NCBI GenBank assembly: GCA_012295275.1
Contig: CM022668.1
Span: 4,712,001-4,776,000, forward strand
Length of the DNA stretch: 64,000 nucleotides
Source of the DNA: Chrysomallon squamiferum
Lineage: Eukaryota > Animalia > Mollusca
Direction of reading: 5' to 3'
Shown: in pieces, positions 58,543 through 64,000 of the stretch
Numbering within the stretch: the first letter of the stretch is position 1
How the letters are laid out: every line of letters begins with the position of its first letter
Notes under the pieces: generated by a model
The model's input: the letters and a program-made list of their open reading frames with translations, nothing else
Databases searched by the model: none
Told to the model about the DNA's origin: nothing
Translations under genes and position numbers: made by a program

Positions 58543-61182
58543 CTGAAAAACAGAAATAAATAAAAATAAGAATATATTGAAACTATTTCTAGCATCATCC
58601 TAACAGAATACTAATAGAGAAATAATACAGCAACATCTTACTACAGTCACCCAAAATGATTGCAACCCATACTGCAATACATAAAATCATGAATAACAAT
58701 GCTGTTGTCCTTTTTTTTTTTTTTTTGAGATTCTTCTAAAGGAGTTGATAACAAAAAGATTCATCAATAGAACAGAAAACTTTTTGCATGGACACCTATT
58801 TTAAAATCAGTTCATTTGTGCAGTGTAAGTGACAGGTTTGCACACCACATTCAGAAGTGTCAAACTGGCTGCTTGGAGTGGATTTTGGAAAGGGGATAAA
58901 ATCTGCCCCACAGGGATTAAAGAACCCAAATTTTTAGGACTGACTTGTTATCAACTCAGATTAATGTGTGCGAAAAAGAAAACCCAGTCCATCGCTGGTT
59001 GTAGAAATGACTGGCACTTACACAGCTTGCAATCTGAACTACGTACGTTTATACAAAATAAAACAAAAATAAACTATCTACTGTTAAACTAACACAACTA
59101 TGAAGAAGTAGTATTTCACTTTTAGTGCAGTTTATTACCATTTTCAAGAGGTGTTCTTCCACTCTTTCATCGATGTTTTCTGAGCGAAGTTTTGATGAGT
59201 AATGAGCGAGAAAACAACGTCTGCTTGCAGCTTCATCCAACATCCGCTCATGTTTCCTACACAACAACATTCATATTATTTATTTACTAGTCAAAATAAA
59301 ACCATTCTCAATTTATGGCTATTTTTGACACATGTGAATAACTGTAATAAATAATAATAATATTCTGTTAACTCTAAATAATAATAATAAGAATAAGAAT
59401 AATAATAATAATAAGAATAATAATAATAATAATAATAATAATACCAACAGCAAATAAATAAATAAACAAATAAATAAAATGAATTGAAAAAGAGAAATTA
59501 GTTTTACCAAATCATACTGTAATAGAGAGAACAAAACAGGACAAATATTTAGTTTAGGAATCATTTATTCAAATTTACTGTTGATGGATAAAATATGATA
59601 TATTAATACAAAATCTCACCTGCATCGTTTGCATGTTTTTACATCATGGATTTTCATTTCCGACATCTAGCGACAAAACAGAATATTAATTATATGCACC
59701 TGAAATTACTTTTAGTAATAAAGACGGTATGTAAATAAGTAAGTAATAATTACGTAAATAAATATATAATTAAACAAAATAAATAAATAAATAATAAAAG
59801 AAACATTTCTTAAAATCTTCAAAGTAAAAACATGTAAGAAACAAAAAAAAGTAACAAAAAAAAATCCTGATAGTTATAAAATATTATTCAAAATTAAAAC
59901 AAAGATAGATTTTCTAAAATTATGTGATAAGAATAAACTTTACAACTCATTACAATGTACCTTCATTGACATCAGAAGACAAAAACGAAAGCTTACAAAC
60001 ATAACTGTGAAAATAAAATAAATGTTACCCTCTTCATTCGATCTATCAGGTTTTTCAGTTTAAGTTTTTCTATGACTGCTGGATTCAGTCCGTACGTTTC
60101 TACTGGTACTGGGTAAACTGTTTTCTTTCTGTAGCTTCTCTCCACTTCTCTTAGGATATCCTTCTCTGCAAAATTATGTTAGTCTTTCTTAATACTTACA
60201 AATGAGTATATGATAATATATGAAGTCTACATGAGGAGGTATATAGGCATGCATGCATGCATGTATATATATATATATATATATATATAGATAAACATAC
60301 ACCAGTGGAACACAGACATACACAAAAAATATACATACAAAAATACCTACCTACACCCAGAAACAGACACAAACAAACGTATGATAACTCTTATTATTAA
60401 TGATTATTACATCCACTGCTACTGGTAGGGAAGGAGGGGCAGGCTATCTCAGAGGGTATGACTGAAAGGTGCTGCCATCTGTTGATTATTGTTAGCATAC
60501 ATTTCTTACTGATGTAGGGGAAATGTGATTTTTCTAAAGAACAAAGAACCTCTGACTAAAGGAATGAGTTTGGGTGTTTCATGTCAATCTTAGGGAACCA
60601 GGTTTGTGAATTTCCTTTATGCTCACTCTATAGATTATCCTGAAATCATATGTGATGTAAAGATGCACTGACTTAAATGACCAGGAATTGTCAACAAGGT
60701 GAAAGTTGAGCCAGTGATGACTGGATATATACTACTATTACTACTACTACCATCTCTACAACCACACCTACTAATGTATTATACTCTAACTGTACTACTT
60801 CTGTGTTACAAAAATAATTACTATTACCACTGTTACTGTTAAAACAATACTACTACAAATACTGCTGTTGTTATTATTACACTACCACTATTTCTGCTAT
60901 CACTACTACTACCCCTGCAACACCACCAATATTGCTATGCTACTGCTACTACTATCACTATTGCTTTTAACACTGTGGTTACTATTACATGAATGCAGAA
61001 TGATAACATACTAATATTTAGTACTGGAAACAAAATGAAGAATAAAGTCATTTTAAGAACTTACTTTTTAACATTCCATTGTTTAGCTGTTTGATTTTTT
61101 TCCTGCAGTAGGATTTCACCTGTGGATCTTCTTGTGTTTCTACGTCAACAAAAACACTGAACTATAGTTTATCATCATCATT

Positions 61183-61217
<35 letters not shown>

Positions 61218-63601
61218 GATTATAATTATTGATTTTAAAAAAAAATGTAATTTGGGATGTGCACAGTTCAGTTAGATTATTTTTTAGTTTTAATGATGGT
61301 GAAACTTTAATTACCTGTTTTTCAGGTTTTTTCGGAAGAACATTTTTCTTTTCTCTCAGTCTCTTACACATCTGACTAACAAACTCCAGTTTCTCCTCCT
61401 GCACAATAGCAGCAGTTAGTTCAGCTTCCTGATAAATAAATAAACAAACAAACACATAAATAGAAAATAAATACATAAATATTAATCAATAAACATGAAT
61501 ATATAAGGAAGAAAATAAAACAATAAATAAAATAAAAATTAAATATAACTGCAATAATACTAACAACAGAATTAATAGTAGTTTAATAATATCATTTTCA
61601 ATTGTAATAACAGTATTATTATTAGTAGTAGTAATCATATATAATACTTTAATAGTAGTAGTGATAGTAGCAGACATAATTATAATAAGAGAAATAGTAA
61701 TATAAACAGTAGAGATAGTAGCAGCTTTTATAGTGTATTAAAGAGTACTTAGTGGTAGAAAAAATAATAATAGCTGTTGTAGTTGTAATCATGGTAGTAG
61801 TAGTAGTAGTAGTAGTAGTAATAGTAGTAATAGTCACAGTTGTAATAAAAGCAGTAAGGTCATTCCATGTCAAATGGGTTAAACCCGACTTTCTCAGATT
61901 TTTATGAAACTTGGTTGAGTGGGATCCCATAGCACCAAATCCTTTTAAACTTTTATATGTTTTAGTTAACATGTGGGAGATTAAACTTCAATAAAGGTTA
62001 TCTCAATGTCACGTGATCCACAAGTTCAATTTCTAGGTTATAACAAAGATCAAAAGGTCAGTGTATCCCCAACATTCTGAACAATAATGGCAGATTTAGA
62101 AACCTTGTCATATTGCCTTTTCAACAATACCAATTTTAGGAAAATTGGCCCAGTAGTTCCTGAGATATGAAGGTTCAAAGGTTGGCCAAAAATCTCAAAA
62201 TTCTGATGGCCATATCTCCCAAACCACTGGTTTGATTGGCCTATCAGAAGCAGCAGAGATTGTAGCAGCTTTAGCAGTATGTTAAAATAAACAAAGTGCT
62301 AGATATAATAAGTAATAGCTGTTGTAGTTGTAATGATGGTGGTGGTAGTAGTAATAGTTGAAGCTGTAATAGGAGTAGTAGTAGCAACAGAAACAGCAGT
62401 GACAGCAGACACTTTAGCAGTATGTTAAAAATTATCTAGTGGTAGACATAATAAACAGTAGCTGTTGTTGTTGTTGTTGTAATGATGGTAGTGGTAGTAG
62501 TAGTAGCAGCAATAACGACAGTGGCTGTGTAACTAACAATAAACTAAAACTGACAGAAATTTCACGAATGTCTTCTGCACGATGTCTGAAACTGAAGCTT
62601 TCTGTTGGTTCTTGTTCAAATGTGTCTTCATAGCTAGTTTTTGTTCCGTACGACCTGGCAAAGAATTAAATTCAGACAATGTTACAATGACCTGTTACAT
62701 GAGAATTCACTTTTAATCTTTGATTTAGTATGAAAATGATTTTATATTATTATTGTTGTTGTTGTTATTGTTCTTCTTACTGTTATTATTATTCCTATTA
62801 TTATTATTATTACTATTATTATTATTATTATTAATATATTTGTTATTGTTATTATTATTATTATTATTATTATTTTTAGTAGTAATACTTAATTAATTTC
62901 TATTGTTTATTTTATTTTCTAAGCTTCTTGGTTGTTTTCTTTCATTTTAAGTAAAATTTCTGAAAATATTTATCTAGTAACAAGAATTAAATATAAACAA
63001 AATAAAAACAAGAACAAAACATAACAGAAAGAATTATGATATAAGCAGTAGAAGGGATTTTCATAAAAAATCGTCCAAACCTATTTAAAAATTAAAGAAA
63101 AAAATTCTACAAGAAAGAACAGCAAAAATCAACAAAAAACCCCTGCATTTATTGATTTAAATAAAATAAAATAAAATATGTACAGAAAAAAACAATATAT
63201 ATGAAATGAAATTAAAAAACAACAACCCCGACCAAAGAAATCAAACAAACAAAACAAATAAATAAATAAATAAATAAAACTCCAAACAAAATCAAATCAA
63301 AACAAAATCAAAATAATAATTTCACATGACAAAGTCAAGTACCTTTCAAAACTCGAAGTTCCGTCTCTCTGTGTTGTTACTGATTCTTCAAAATCTGATT
63401 CCTCTTTCAACGTGTCCAGAGTTCTGGGGGGTGCAGAACGAGTGGTGGCTGAGTGGGTTTGTGGTTCAATCACAGACGACTCAAATGTCTCTGAATACGA
63501 ATACTGATCACTGGTTGTATCCTGTGAGTCATCTACAAAACTCAACTCACTACGGTACGACTGAGTATCAGAATAAGAACTGGGGTACTCATCATCATCT
63601 T
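58384..63601 (-). CDS. C8orf48: C8orf48 / DUF4606-like protein (5' end outside window), 8 exons visible
   Basis: Ser/Thr/acidic N-terminal part, then VKSYCRKKI, KIHDVKTCKRC (HxxxxCxxC) and ENIDERVEEHLLKMNSISMIGE, resembling C8orf48 as I recall it (H..QCPxC..EKIDEHL..IGE). Confidence 0.7.
59139..59256 (-). CDS. C8orf48: C8orf48-like exon KHERMLDE...EEHLLKM
   Basis: tgtag / gtaata, phase 2-0. Confidence 0.85.
59620..59666 (-). CDS. C8orf48: C8orf48-like exon MSEMKIHDVKTCKRC
   Basis: gctag / gtgaga, phase 0-2. Confidence 0.85.
60029..60165 (-). CDS. C8orf48: C8orf48-like exon KDILREVE...LIDRMKR
   Basis: tgcag / gtaaca, phase 1-0. Confidence 0.85.
61065..61161 (-). CDS. C8orf48: C8orf48-like exon (FSVFVDV)ETQEDPQVKSYCRKKIKQLNNGMLK
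   Basis: Donor gtaagt, phase 1. Acceptor uncertain: exon start 61161 is in frame; start 61139 looks better but needs a phase-1 donor upstream. Confidence 0.7.
61315..61428 (-). CDS. C8orf48: C8orf48-like exon EAELTAAIVQ...KPEKQ
   Basis: atcag / gtaatt, phase 0-0. Confidence 0.85.
62555..62654 (-). CDS. C8orf48: C8orf48-like exon SYGTKTSYEDTFEQ...IREIS
   Basis: gccag / gtcagt, phase 2-0. Confidence 0.85.
63343..63601 (-). CDS. C8orf48: C8orf48-like exon DDDEYPSSYS...GTSSFE
   Basis: tttcag / gtactt on minus, phase 1-2. Confidence 0.85.
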
Positions 63602-64000
63602 CTGAAATGAGAAAGAAAGAAATGTTTTATCAGGAAACAAACTGAAATAATGAAAAATTAGTTTTAAGAAGTAGAATGATAATGTAAAAGGAAACATATT
63701 TGTTTTGGATTGGCAGTAAGAAATATTTTATAAGCGCCTTCCTGCAGGCAGAAAAGTAAAACTACATTTTTTCTTAAATCAGTTGTGTGTGTATGTGTTT
63801 CTGTATCCATGTGTGTATTGTATGTATGTCAGTCTGCATGTGTATTTCTCTATGTGTGTATGTAAGTTTGTGTGCCTATGTGTTATGAGTTTTATGAGTT
63901 TATATAACATTTTTTATACATAAATAAAAAGTTGAAATAAAAAAAATAATTTAAAAAATGTTAAATCTCTGCATAAATAGGGCAAATAGAAACTACAAGA

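Noticed and set aside
61855-62250. Possible non-autonomous DNA transposon fragment
   Set aside because: Composition differs from the flanks, but I could not find terminal inverted repeats, a target-site duplication or a second copy.

Overview
Eukaryotic, very AT-rich, microsatellite-dense genomic DNA. It is probably molluscan, inferred from composition and a SINE I recall from mollusc genomes. No bacterial features or CRISPR are present, and most ORF-track entries are low-complexity artefacts. I reconstructed three spliced genes by hand with phase-consistent junctions. (1) A 5'-truncated WDR87-like gene on + (224-45396, 53 exons) has WD40 repeats, a coiled coil, the APDGYIPNS motif, a HEAT-like helical region and a long charged tail. 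(2) An unrecognised 8-exon, ~375-aa gene lies on + (49301-54510). (3) A 5'-truncated C8orf48/DUF4606-like gene lies on - (63601-58384). The main unexplained pattern is that tandem repeats repeatedly start at, end at or contain splice junctions. They range from degenerate donor-seeded repeats to a four-fold acceptor-plus-exon duplication and an array of 11 frame-preserving 30-33 nt micro-exons (28400-30408). One satellite supplies the stop codon of the C8orf48-like gene. A candidate internal promoter and a possible dual-frame splice path were also noted. Gene names come from remembered motifs, not database searches.
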